A stretch of DNA of 64,000 bases from Spirulina sp. (GTDB lineage: Bacteria; Cyanobacteriota; Cyanobacteriia; Phormidesmidales; Phormidesmidaceae). The notes under the pieces were generated by a model. The model was not told the DNA's origin, did no database searches, and saw nothing but the letters and a program-made list of their open reading frames with translations. Positions 10,696-20,265 of the stretch are shown here, piece after piece. How positions within the stretch are numbered: position 1 is the stretch's first letter; the number at the start of each line of letters is the position of its first letter. Position numbers and translations under genes: made by a program. The stretch is from assembly GCA_044070495.1 (NCBI GenBank), contig JBIPSI010000015.1, positions 64,001 through 128,000 on the forward strand. The letters are read 5' to 3'.

Positions 10696-11665
10696 TGGAG
10701 GTCTCCGGCATAGACTTCTGGATGGTGTCGATGGCCCGCTGGGAGAAAATCCGCACGTCCATATCGGGATCGTGGAGGGTTTGGCTGAGGGCGGGCAGGG
10801 CATCGGGGTTGGAAAGCTTGCCTAGGGCGGTGGCCGCATCCCGGCGCACATCGGAGTAGTCGTCGGTGAGCGCTTTGATCAGGGCAGGCATGGCCCGTTC
10901 ATCCGCCACCTTTTGCAGAGCACGGGCGGTAAACTTCCGCACCTGCCATTCCGGGTCTTCCATCGCCTGCACCAGGGCGGGGATAGACTCAGCATTCGCC
11001 AGCAAGTCCAAGGACTGAGCCGCATTGCGCCGCACCTGCCAATCGCCATCGTTGGTCAGCAATTCACAGAGTAGAGGTACCACGCCCTCATCACTGAGGT
11101 GTCCCAGGGTGAGGGTCGTTGACCGTCGCACCGCCTCAGCGGGATCCTTCGCCAGGGCTAACGCAGGTTCGCAACGCACCACCTGGTTCAGGTAGCGCAG
11201 GGTGGTGACAGCGGCCTCCCGCAGGTCAGGATTTTCCGACTCGAAGAAGGGCAAAATGAAGGGCAACGCCTGGGCATCGTGGATTTTCCGCAGCAGCACC
11301 AGCACGTTCAGTTGGGCGTGAACGTTGCCCGTTTGCAGCAAATCCAGCAGCTTCATCAGGTCGTTGGTAGACACCAACTCCTTCAGGGCCGATAGCGCCT
11401 CATGGCGGACATTCTCATGGACCGAACCCAAACAATCCATCAGCGGATTAATCGCCACCGGATTAGCAAATTCCCACAGGCTGGTGATGGCAATTTCCTG
11501 CACCATGGGGCTTTCGTCGTACAGCGCCCCAATCAACGGTTCGATAGCATCTTCATCGCCCAGGTGTTGCAGGGTTTTTACCGCCACCAAACGCTCATCG
11601 AGTTCGGACGATTTCAACATTTCAACCCATTGGGCAACTTCGGGATCCATATCCGTGGAATACAT
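10688..11665 (-). CDS. HEAT-repeat (PBS lyase-like) protein
   Basis: Repeated L..AL.D....VR..AA..L motifs along the whole length. Confidence 0.9.
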   Translation of the reverse strand: MYSTDMDPEVAQWVEMLKSSELDERLVAVKTLQHLGDEDAIEPLIGALYDESPMVQEIAITSLWEFANPVAINPLMDCLGSVHENVRHEALSALKELVSTNDLMKLLDLLQTGNVHAQLNVLVLLRKIHDAQALPFILPFFESENPDLREAAVTTLRYLNQVVRCEPALALAKDPAEAVRRSTTLTLGHLSDEGVVPLLCELLTNDGDWQVRRNAAQSLDLLANAESIPALVQAMEDPEWQVRKFTARALQKVADERAMPALIKALTDDYSDVRRDAATALGKLSNPDALPALSQTLHDPDMDVRIFSQRAIDTIQKSMPETSNV

Positions 11666-11711
11666 AAGGCAGGTGTCCTAAATGACGGCAAGGAAAAGGA
11701 GCAGAAAAGAG

Positions 11712-11801
11712 GGAACAGGGGATAGGGAACAGGGGATAGGGAACAGCAAGAGAAATCTATCTGTCACCTGTCACCTGTCACCTGCCACCTGTCACCTGTT
11801 A
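11712..11801. repeat. Heptamer short tandem repeats (STRR type)
   Basis: gggaaca/ggggata x5 followed by ctgtcac x~6. Confidence 0.85.
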
Positions 11802-12026
11802 CCTAAGCAAGAAGGGAATTTGTACCGTAATAGCACCCGTCGGGCATTCCTTTTCGCAGGGTAGGCAGAACCAGCACTCGTCGTATTTCATGTAGGCTTT
11901 GCCCGTTTCGGGGTTTTTCACCAGCACATCCAAAGGGCAAACTTCAATGCAGGCGACACATTTTTCAAGGCATTTGGATTCGTCCACAATCACTGGGACA
12001 TCCACACGCTGAGTTGTCAAAGCCAT
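11799..12026 (-). CDS. 2x[4Fe-4S] ferredoxin (AsfB/AprB-like)
   Basis: CxxxCxxCxxxCP and CWFCLPCEKECP; start MALTTQ. Confidence 0.9.
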   Translation of the reverse strand: MALTTQRVDVPVIVDESKCLEKCVACIEVCPLDVLVKNPETGKAYMKYDECWFCLPCEKECPTGAITVQIPFLLR

Positions 12027-12089
12027 AGCAAAAGTCCTGAGATTTAATAAGGGTGAATAAGGTCTTTCCGGCTCCCCTCTCCTCCCTGG

Positions 12090-12256
12090 GCTACTAAGTA
12101 CACACATCTTGTTCTCATGCCGTCATACCTGGGGGATCCCCCTAAATCCCCCTTGGAAAGGGGGACTTTGACTCCGATCCCCCCCTTAAAAAGGGGGGCT
12201 AGGGGGGATCAACCCTAGGAACTAAGCGGAATAGAGGCTTATGTATAAGCGGCAGC
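12090..12256. mobile_element. MITE-like insertion nested in a dispersed repeat
   Basis: Interrupts the ctcccctctcctccctgggagagggg repeat (intact at 14581); flanked by ctccctgg (12082-12089) and cttcctgg (12257-12264); contains a ccccctaaatccccctt hairpin pair. Confidence 0.6.
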
Positions 12257-12322
12257 CTTCCTGGGAGAGGGGGTGGGGGTGAGGTGAGGGATTGTCATGG
12301 TGGGCAGTGCCCACCCTACGGT

Positions 12323-14026
12323 TTACCGTACGGCGACGTCGTAGACTTCTTCCTTCAAATTCACGTCTACGATGTAGGGTTCTACGACCCGCTTAAACAG
12401 TTCCATTTCGCCGTTTTCGCCCTTCTTCAGGTTGACGTGGCAGAACCATTCGGCATCGTTCTTTTCGGGATAATCCAGCCGATAGTGGTAGAGGCCCCAG
12501 CGGGTTTCTTTGCGGAAGAGGGAGGCACGGGCGGCCATTTCGGCGCAGTCGCGGATGAAGTGGACTTCCATGCAGCGCATCAGTTCGTGGGGATCGCTGG
12601 CACCCATCACGTTCAGGTCGCTTTCGTAGGCCACAAACTTTTCGAGGCCAATGTCCATCTTGTGGGGCGACTTGGGCGGTTGCAGATAGTCGTTCACCAG
12701 GCGGCGCAGCTTGTATTCCACCTGGGTATGGGGTACGCCGTTGGGCTGGTTCAGCGGGCGATAGATGCGCTCCTGCTCGGCGGAGAGGAAGTCGGCATCG
12801 GGTTCCACATGCTCTAGATCGCGCACGTAGTCCATGGCGTTTTCCCCGGCAATGCGGCCATAGACGAAGGCCCCAATCATGTAGTTGTGGGGCACACTGG
12901 CCATATCGCCAGCGGCATAGAGACCGGGCACCGTGGTTTCGGCCCGCTCGTTCACCCACACCCCAGAGGCGCTGTGGCCGCTGCACAGGCCAATTTCGGA
13001 GATGTTCATTTCCACGCCGTGGGTGCGGTAGTTTTCGCCCCGGCCTTCGTGGAAGCGCCCCCGGCTGGGACGCTCGTTGTCCCACAGCACCCGCTCGATT
13101 TCGGAAATCGTGTCGTCGTCCAGGTGGTACATCTTCAGGTGGACGGGGCCTTTGCCGGAGTTCAGCTCTTTGAAGACCTCCAGCATCATTTGGCCACTCC
13201 AGTAGTCGCAGCTAATGAAGCGGTGACCCTCGGCGTTGGCGGTGTAGGCTCCGAAGGGGCTGGCCACGTAGGCGCAGGCGGGGCCGTTGTAGTCCTTAAT
13301 CAGCGGGTTGATCTGGAAGCATTCGATGTTGGTCAGTTCCGCCCCGGCATGGTAGGCCATGGAGTAGCCATCCCCGGCGTTGGTGGGGTTTTCGTAGGTG
13401 CCGTAGAGGTAGCCGGAGGCAGGCAGACCCAACCGACCGCAGGCTCCGGTACAAAGCACGACGGCCTTGGCTTGAATTACCACCATATTGCCGTTGCGGA
13501 CATCCAGGCCCACCGCCCCGGTGACGCGACCATTTTGCACCATCACGCGGGTGGCCATGACGCGGTTGGTAACATTGACCTTATGGCGCTTCACCTGGCG
13601 AGCGAGGATTTTTTTCAGATCCTTACCTTCAGGCATGGGCAGCACGTATTTGCCGACCCGGTGAACCTGCTTGAGGTCGTAGTTGCCTTCGTGATCTTTT
13701 TGAAATTTGACCCCCCAGCTTTCCAGTTCTTGAATCACCTCAAAGCCTAAACGTCCGGTTTCGTAAACGGCTTTTTGGTTCACAATGCCGTCGTTGGCAA
13801 TGGTGATTTCACGAACGTATTGCTCTGGGGTAGAATTGCCGGGAATCACAGCGGTATTGACGCCATCCATGCCCATGGCAATGGCACCACTGCGACGAAT
13901 ATTGGCCTTTTCCAAAATCAACACATCGCTTTCGGGGCTGGCCTGCTTTGCTTTAATGGCGGCCATGGTGCCAGCGGTTCCACCACCGACTACCAAAAAA
14001 TCCGTTTTCAGATACTGAATATTCAC
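12323..14026 (-). CDS. Fumarate reductase/succinate dehydrogenase-family flavoprotein (AsfA/AprA-like)
   Basis: FAD motif VVGGGTAG, RSGAIAMG, GLYAAGD, C-terminal RKETRWGLYHYRLDYP; adjacent ferredoxin gene. Confidence 0.9.
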   Translation of the reverse strand: MNIQYLKTDFLVVGGGTAGTMAAIKAKQASPESDVLILEKANIRRSGAIAMGMDGVNTAVIPGNSTPEQYVREITIANDGIVNQKAVYETGRLGFEVIQELESWGVKFQKDHEGNYDLKQVHRVGKYVLPMPEGKDLKKILARQVKRHKVNVTNRVMATRVMVQNGRVTGAVGLDVRNGNMVVIQAKAVVLCTGACGRLGLPASGYLYGTYENPTNAGDGYSMAYHAGAELTNIECFQINPLIKDYNGPACAYVASPFGAYTANAEGHRFISCDYWSGQMMLEVFKELNSGKGPVHLKMYHLDDDTISEIERVLWDNERPSRGRFHEGRGENYRTHGVEMNISEIGLCSGHSASGVWVNERAETTVPGLYAAGDMASVPHNYMIGAFVYGRIAGENAMDYVRDLEHVEPDADFLSAEQERIYRPLNQPNGVPHTQVEYKLRRLVNDYLQPPKSPHKMDIGLEKFVAYESDLNVMGASDPHELMRCMEVHFIRDCAEMAARASLFRKETRWGLYHYRLDYPEKNDAEWFCHVNLKKGENGEMELFKRVVEPYIVDVNLKEEVYDVAVR

Positions 14027-14482
14027 TTAACCACGTCCTCAGCTTAAACGGCAGTGAAATTGAAATCTTGGTCGATTTATCAAGGCTAGGGATGACCTTT
14101 AGGGCTATCGATAATCGCCCTCGTTTCTACGCCTCGTGTATGCAGTGTAGGAGAGTCTAAAATGACCATCAATACAGTTTGTAACGATGGCTACGGTTTG
14201 ATCATCACAGGCTTCTATACACTCATAAAAAATATCTATCAATCCTTGAAAGCTTGATGTGTGCTGAATCCTCAGTCTCTTTGGGCTGGGTCATTGGGAG
14301 CAAATTCCTCTAGAATGGAGGCATCAAACTCGCCCTTGAATCAAGATTGGGCTATCTCAAACCATGAAGGTAAAATTTGATTCGTGAGTTGATGGATAGA
14401 TGGATTTTAGAATTACGTAGGATGCGTTAGCCTTGACCTAGGGTACGACAACATTATTCAGCGTTGATTGGCTTCGATAATC

Positions 14483-14669
14483 TAGTCTCAATAGATCACA
14501 AACATGCTCTCTTGCCGTAACCCAGCCCTCACCCTAAATCCCTCTCCCAAGATGGGAGAGGGACTTTGAAGAGCTTCCGGCTCCCCTCTCCTCCCTGGGA
14601 GAGGGGTTGGGGGTGTAGCTTGCTTCCCGTTAGGGTGGGCTGCGGGAACTTTGTGATCTACGGAGTCTA
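14483..14669. mobile_element. MITE-like element with 20-bp imperfect TIRs and TA ends
   Basis: tagtctcaatagatcacaaa versus the reverse complement of tttgtgatctacggagtcta (17/20); encloses ccctcaccctaaatccctctccc...gggagagggg hairpin repeats. Confidence 0.65.
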
Positions 14670-14797
14670 AAAAATTCATTTAATTCATCCTGATAACTTC
14701 CTATCAATTTAATTGCATTCAGTTTTGAGGTCTGTATTTAAGGTTAAATTTCGACCTGCATTGAGTTCCTTCCTACGCGCCCAAGACGCATCATGCC

Positions 14798-16837
14798 GTG
14801 GAAATCTATCAGCTTAAAGTTTTCCTAGAAGTGGCCCGCTGTCTCAGCTTCACCGAAGCCGCCGACACCCTAAATTTGACCCAGCCCGCCGTCAGCGCCA
14901 AGATCAAATCCCTAGAAGCTGAGTTAGAAACGCCGCTCTTTCATCGTTTGGGCCGACGAGTTGAACTCACCGAGATAGGGAATTACTTACTGGCCGAAGG
15001 GCCGCAACTGCTGGAGATGGAGCAGCGCCTCAAGGCCGAAATTGAGGAAATTAAGCAGGGAAAGCACAGTGCCCTAACCATCGGTGGTATGGCCGATGTG
15101 ATGGATCACTGGTTGCCGTCGGTGCTGTACGACTATCGGCGACTGCACCCAGCGGTGCAGACCCGCTGTGTGCAGTTCACTTCGGCGGAGGAATTGTATC
15201 GAGCAATTAAATCTGGGGAGGTAGATTTGGGAATTTCAGACCTCAGCTATGCCACCTTTGACGATTTAGCTGAAACGGCGATTGATTCGGTTCACTATTC
15301 CTTGGCCGTTTCCTCCAGCCACCGTTTAGCCCAACAACCCTGGTTGAGTTTACAAGAATTAAAGGATGAATCTTGGGTGCTGCTGCCGGAGGGTTCGCCC
15401 AGCCGCATTATGCTGCAAAAACGAATGCAGGAATTGGGGCTAGAACTGTCGGATTTTGCCCATGTGGAAGTGGTGGATTCCCTCAGTCAGGTGCGTACTT
15501 ATCTGATGCAGGGGCATTACCTCGGCTTTGTGTCCGATTTTGAGCTGCATTTAGAAAGTCAGGCTGGGCTAATTCGCCATGTGCCCCTAGAGGAATTTGC
15601 CCTAGGAAGTCCGCTTTTCTTACTCATGGCCAAGCGCCTGAATCGTGCCCTAGAATCTTCTGTACCCGGAGGATCTTCCCGGTCTAGCCTAGAAGCTGTG
15701 CGGCAGTTTGTGACGCTACTCAAAACGCGCCAAACGAGCCGTTCCCCGTTATTAGCAACCTCATCATATCCCCTAGCTCCCTCCCAGCCCGCTGCCACCA
15801 TGGCTAGGGTGCCCCAATTCCAAGCGCCCAACTTTTTGGTGCGTTCGGTTTCCCCTGGCAACACAGATACGATTCGCCTCACCATTGGCACCCAAAATCG
15901 CACCATTCAAACCATTACCGCTGGGCTAATTATTCAGCGGTTGGGCCTTCTGGAACACTTTTTGCCCCGCCACGGACGCTACAGCGGCACCCGCTACCAA
16001 ATCCGCTGGGCCGACTATAGCTCCGGTGCGCCCATTGTGGAGGGGCTGCAAACCCAACAGATTGATATCGGCATATTGGGAGACTATCCCCTACTGCTCA
16101 GCGCCCTCCCCGGTGCGGACAATCCAGCCTGCACCCGGCTGATTAGCTTTGTGGCCAGCAACCCCGACGGCACCGGAAACGACATCATCGTGCCCCACCA
16201 GTCCTCGTTGCACTGCATCGAAGACCTGGCCGGACGGGTGATTGCGGTGCCCTTTGGTTCGGCGGCCCACGGCATGGTGATGCGCTCCCTGCACCACTGC
16301 GACCTACTAGATGCCGTCACCCTCACCACCATTGATGCCTGCAACCAGTGCACCCGCCGCCCTTCTGGTTCCGCCAATCACGCCATCGACGGCTACGCCT
16401 ACTTCGCCCCCTTCCACGAAATTGCCAAACATAAGGGGCAATTTCGGCGGCTGTTGTCCCACCAACTCGATGGCCTGCCCACCTTCCACGGGGTGGTGAT
16501 TCGCGACGAACTGGCCGATCAGTATCCCGAAATTGCCGTGGCCTACCTGCGGGCACTCCTCGCCGCCCAGTATTGGTACGCCACCCAGCCCATCGCCCCC
16601 ACCTTGGTTAGCCGCTGGGTGAATATGGATGCCGCCATCGTCAGCAAAACCCTGCTGTCGGGTACAGGGGATTCCTTGGATGTGGTGTATCGCCCCGAAA
16701 CCCAACTGCGGGCCGACTGGCTCCAGGCTCACATTCAAGCGCTCAGCCAAATTGCGGGGCAAGAAACCCTGGGCCACATCAACCTAGAGGGCTGGATGCA
16801 ACCCGAATTTCTCGCCGCCGCCGTCGCCGCCCTTTAG
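14798..16837 (+). CDS. LysR-family regulator fused to a C-terminal ABC substrate-binding (SsuA/NMT1-like) domain
   Basis: N-terminal LysR HTH (SFTEAADTLNLTQPAVSAKIKSLE) and LysR effector domain; the C-terminal half aligns by eye with 18754..20265 (IGTQ, QIDIG.xGD.P, VPFGSAAHGM). Confidence 0.85.
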   Translation: MEIYQLKVFLEVARCLSFTEAADTLNLTQPAVSAKIKSLEAELETPLFHRLGRRVELTEIGNYLLAEGPQLLEMEQRLKAEIEEIKQGKHSALTIGGMADVMDHWLPSVLYDYRRLHPAVQTRCVQFTSAEELYRAIKSGEVDLGISDLSYATFDDLAETAIDSVHYSLAVSSSHRLAQQPWLSLQELKDESWVLLPEGSPSRIMLQKRMQELGLELSDFAHVEVVDSLSQVRTYLMQGHYLGFVSDFELHLESQAGLIRHVPLEEFALGSPLFLLMAKRLNRALESSVPGGSSRSSLEAVRQFVTLLKTRQTSRSPLLATSSYPLAPSQPAATMARVPQFQAPNFLVRSVSPGNTDTIRLTIGTQNRTIQTITAGLIIQRLGLLEHFLPRHGRYSGTRYQIRWADYSSGAPIVEGLQTQQIDIGILGDYPLLLSALPGADNPACTRLISFVASNPDGTGNDIIVPHQSSLHCIEDLAGRVIAVPFGSAAHGMVMRSLHHCDLLDAVTLTTIDACNQCTRRPSGSANHAIDGYAYFAPFHEIAKHKGQFRRLLSHQLDGLPTFHGVVIRDELADQYPEIAVAYLRALLAAQYWYATQPIAPTLVSRWVNMDAAIVSKTLLSGTGDSLDVVYRPETQLRADWLQAHIQALSQIAGQETLGHINLEGWMQPEFLAAAVAAL

Positions 16838-16847
16838 AGATTACCTA

Positions 16848-17672
16848 TCAACAGGCTTCCATGCTTTTCATGGTTTCTTCGCGGATGCAGTCGAATACCT
16901 GGCGATGGAGGTCAATGAAATCCTGGGAAAGGGTGTCGTCAAAGTGTCGCGGACGGGGCAAATGGACCGGGATTTCTGACTTGATTCGGCCTGGGTGAAC
17001 GCCCATGGTGCAAATGCGATCACCGAGGAAAATGGCTTCTTCGATGTCGTGGGTGACAAAAATCACGGTGGTTTTCAGATCGTCCCAAATGCTCAGCAAA
17101 AGCTCTTGCATCATGTGGCGAGTTTGGGCATCTAGGGCAGCAAAGGGTTCGTCCATCAACAACACCGAGGGCGAATTCACCAAGGCTCGAATAATACTGG
17201 CCCGCTGCTGCATTCCTCCCGAAAGCTGATGGGGGTAGCTATTGCGGTGTTTGTACAGCCCTACCCGATTCAGGTAATCATTTACCCGCTCGGTACGTTC
17301 CGCCTTAGAAACCCCTTGAATTCTTAGGCCCATTTCCACATTTTGAAAGGTGGTCTTCCAGGGTAATAGGGAATACTGCTGGAACACAAAGCCCCGATCT
17401 GCTCCAGGGCGGGTAATCGGCGTTTGATCGACCAAAACATAGCCACTAGAGGGCTTAATAAACCCAGCAATCACATTCAGAAGGGTAGATTTACCGCAGC
17501 CCGATGGCCCCAGCAAGCAGACAAATTCTCCGGGCTGAATGGAAAGTTGAATCGAATCTAGTACGCAATTTTCGTACTGTTTTCGGCGATAGACCACCGA
17601 CAAACCTTCGACCTGTACCGATCCCTTTAGGGTGGCTCGTTGGTCTTGTTCAATTTGATGCATCGTAACCAT
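16848..17672 (-). CDS. ABC transporter ATP-binding protein (TauB/SsuB/NrtD type)
   Basis: GPSGCGKST, LSGGMQQR, LLMDEPFAALD, FVTHD. Confidence 0.95.
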   Translation of the reverse strand: MVTMHQIEQDQRATLKGSVQVEGLSVVYRRKQYENCVLDSIQLSIQPGEFVCLLGPSGCGKSTLLNVIAGFIKPSSGYVLVDQTPITRPGADRGFVFQQYSLLPWKTTFQNVEMGLRIQGVSKAERTERVNDYLNRVGLYKHRNSYPHQLSGGMQQRASIIRALVNSPSVLLMDEPFAALDAQTRHMMQELLLSIWDDLKTTVIFVTHDIEEAIFLGDRICTMGVHPGRIKSEIPVHLPRPRHFDDTLSQDFIDLHRQVFDCIREETMKSMEAC

Positions 17673-17724
17673 AAACTCTCCTTGCTAATCAGTCCTAACT
17701 AGTCCGTGGGTTAGTTGTTGATCG

Positions 17725-18573
17725 TTAGCTCTGTTTTTTGATCACCCGCCAAGGCATGAGGGCGCGGGTCGCCTGATCTACCGCCCAGGAGCTAAAGGCT
17801 CCCATAAAGCCAATCAGCAGCATTCCCATCACAATGGGCGGATAGTTGGAGGTAACGTAGGATTCCCAAGTGATGTAGCCAATCCCATAACGTCCTGCCA
17901 AAATTTCGGCGGTTACTAAGCAAAACCAGGCATTACCCATACCAATCGTGAGGCCGCTGGCGATGCTAGGCATGGAGCCTGGAATTACAATGTCCTTAAA
18001 AATGTGCCAGGGATTGGCCCCTAAACATTGCCCTACTCGAATGAGAACAGTATCTCCAAGGGTACTTTCTACGCCCTTAATTGTACTGATCAAGATTGGA
18101 AAAAATGCACCGATAAAGGTGATGTAAACCATGCCGCTTTCAGCATTGGGAAACATCAAAATAGCCAGAGGAATCCAGGCCACGGCTGGAATCGGACGCA
18201 GAATTTCGAGGGGCGGCATCGTCAGATCTTCTACAACCTCAAACCAGCCCACTAAAACTCCTAATAGAACTCCTAAAACAGAGGCAATGGCATAGCCGAT
18301 TAAAACCCTCTGGATGCTAGACCAAAAATGTATCCAGGGGCTATTGGTAACAAATTTAGTCGTTGCCTTTAGAACCTCCCAAGGAGAAGGAAGAAACTGA
18401 AAGTTGATGAAGAAATTGAAGTTGATGCTGCTGAGAATTTGCCAAATACCAAAGAACAACACCAGCGATAGGGCTTGACGTAGGGGCCGATTACCCAACA
18501 CCGTCTTTGTCGCCACCGAACCGACCTGAGCCACCCACCCCATAGGATTTGGCTTGGACACCGTAACTGCCAT
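17725..18573 (-). CDS. ABC transporter permease (TauC/SsuC type)
   Basis: RPIPAVAWIPL, EAA-like loop GQCLGA, LVTAE. Confidence 0.93.
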   Translation of the reverse strand: MAVTVSKPNPMGWVAQVGSVATKTVLGNRPLRQALSLVLFFGIWQILSSINFNFFINFQFLPSPWEVLKATTKFVTNSPWIHFWSSIQRVLIGYAIASVLGVLLGVLVGWFEVVEDLTMPPLEILRPIPAVAWIPLAILMFPNAESGMVYITFIGAFFPILISTIKGVESTLGDTVLIRVGQCLGANPWHIFKDIVIPGSMPSIASGLTIGMGNAWFCLVTAEILAGRYGIGYITWESYVTSNYPPIVMGMLLIGFMGAFSSWAVDQATRALMPWRVIKKQS

Positions 18574-18753
18574 TATTTTCCTCCCAAACTACTGTGGGGT
18601 CAGGCCCCTAGGGCCACTGTACGGGGACACTATCTCCGTAGTCTGTGTATTCTGCGTCACCGAAAAGACGACCTTCATGCGGGGCAGACATTCGCCTCAG
18701 CCACCCCAAAGACCTGACCTAATAGACCATCGAACGACCGACCTTAACCTGAC

Positions 18754-20265
18754 CTAGCGAGTGCCTACGAGGGCAGGCTGCTGCGCGTAGAGGCTCTGCA
18801 ATTCCCGGAAGGCCGTCAGGGTTCCCCCAGTTTGAGACGCGTAGGCTTGGGCATCAGACTCTAGCAAAAAGGCCGCTACCTCATCACCATTGCTGACAAA
18901 GTAGGAGTTTTCAGCAAACAGTTTCCAGCCATTGTTGTGGTCATGCACAAACATGGCATTGGCCGCTTGGCCTTCCGCCTGGAGTGCCGTCAACGCCTTC
19001 ACCATATTGGCAATGGAGGCAAAGTTCGTGACCGTTTCCTCACCCTGTACCCAATATTGGGCGGCCTTTTTCGGGTCTTCAATGGCTTCTCCGGTTAGGG
19101 CATCTTCCCCCGTAATTTCGTAGGATTCAGCGGTGGCGATGACATCATCGTAGTTCAGTCCCATTTCCTCAATGGCGGTGCGGAGAAAGCCGTCATCAAT
19201 CCAGTTCACAACTTCGCTTGGATCGACGGGGTTTTCAATCCTGCCAAGGCTAGTTAGGGTGGCGATACTATTCTTGAGTGCATCCATTTGTACATCGCCA
19301 ATGGTGGGATTAAGGGCCTGCAACCCAGAGGGGCCAAGGAACATATAGACCACCTCTTTTTCAATGCCAGACCACTCTTGAATTTGGGCTGAAATTCCCT
19401 CAGGATCTTCCCGGAACATTTGGTTGGCTTCTAGCACCGCCTTCAGGTAGGCCACCACAATTTCGGGATGTTCTTCGGCAAAGTCAGACCGTACGGTGAT
19501 GCCATGGAGCGTGGGGACGCCCGTTTGAGCACCATCAAAAATCTTCTTGGCAAAGCCCCGAAAAGGAAACAATTCACCGAAGGGGACAAAGTTGGCGTGG
19601 GCATCGATTTGCCCGGTGCGTAGGCTAGATCCACCCACTTCGGGGGCTTGGCTAATCAGGTTGACATCGGTTTCGGGGTCTAGTCCGGCATCGCTAAGGG
19701 CCTTCAGCATCATCCCGTGGGCGGCTGAACCAAAGGGAACTGACACCGTTCCACCCTTCAGATCCGCGAGAGATGTCACCTCGCTATCCTTGGGCACCAT
19801 CACCGCATTACCTGCGCCATTGGGACTGTAGGCCAAGGTGCCAATGAAAATCGCGTCGGAATCCTGGGCTTCCTGGGCAAATTTGATCAGGTTAATCACC
19901 GCCGGAAAGTCGCCCATTAGGCCAATATCGATTTGATCAGCCAGCATTTTATTGGTGATCGGTGGCCCAGAGGTATAGCTAGACCATTGGATGTCGTACT
20001 CGACTCCGGCATATTCGCCATCCTTAGGCAGGTGCTTTTCTAGCAGCTCTAGTTCGCGTACAGCCGCTCCACCAACTGCTGTATTAATCACCTGATCTTG
20101 GGTGCCAATGGCGATACGAATGACCTTGCCAGAATTACCTGAAGACGCTGATTCTTCGCCTTCTGCTGGAACATTTGCTGTAGAGCAAGCACCTACAAAA
20201 AGCATAGATGCCGTTAGAAAACCAGCCGTAATTTTTTGCCGAGACCAACCCATTAAGCTCATCAT
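18754..20265 (-). CDS. ABC substrate-binding lipoprotein (AsfC/SsuA-like) with C-terminal NosL-like extension
   Basis: Lipobox FVGAC, SGPPI, IDIGLMGDFP; GAGGGAG upstream of the ATG at 20265. Confidence 0.85.
   Translation of the reverse strand: MMSLMGWSRQKITAGFLTASMLFVGACSTANVPAEGEESASSGNSGKVIRIAIGTQDQVINTAVGGAAVRELELLEKHLPKDGEYAGVEYDIQWSSYTSGPPITNKMLADQIDIGLMGDFPAVINLIKFAQEAQDSDAIFIGTLAYSPNGAGNAVMVPKDSEVTSLADLKGGTVSVPFGSAAHGMMLKALSDAGLDPETDVNLISQAPEVGGSSLRTGQIDAHANFVPFGELFPFRGFAKKIFDGAQTGVPTLHGITVRSDFAEEHPEIVVAYLKAVLEANQMFREDPEGISAQIQEWSGIEKEVVYMFLGPSGLQALNPTIGDVQMDALKNSIATLTSLGRIENPVDPSEVVNWIDDGFLRTAIEEMGLNYDDVIATAESYEITGEDALTGEAIEDPKKAAQYWVQGEETVTNFASIANMVKALTALQAEGQAANAMFVHDHNNGWKLFAENSYFVSNGDEVAAFLLESDAQAYASQTGGTLTAFRELQSLYAQQPALVGTR

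Noticed and set aside
10696..10803. N-terminal extension of the Mrp ORF given in the ORF track
   Set aside because: It overlaps the HEAT gene in another frame; the ATG at 10695, coupled to the HEAT stop, is more plausible
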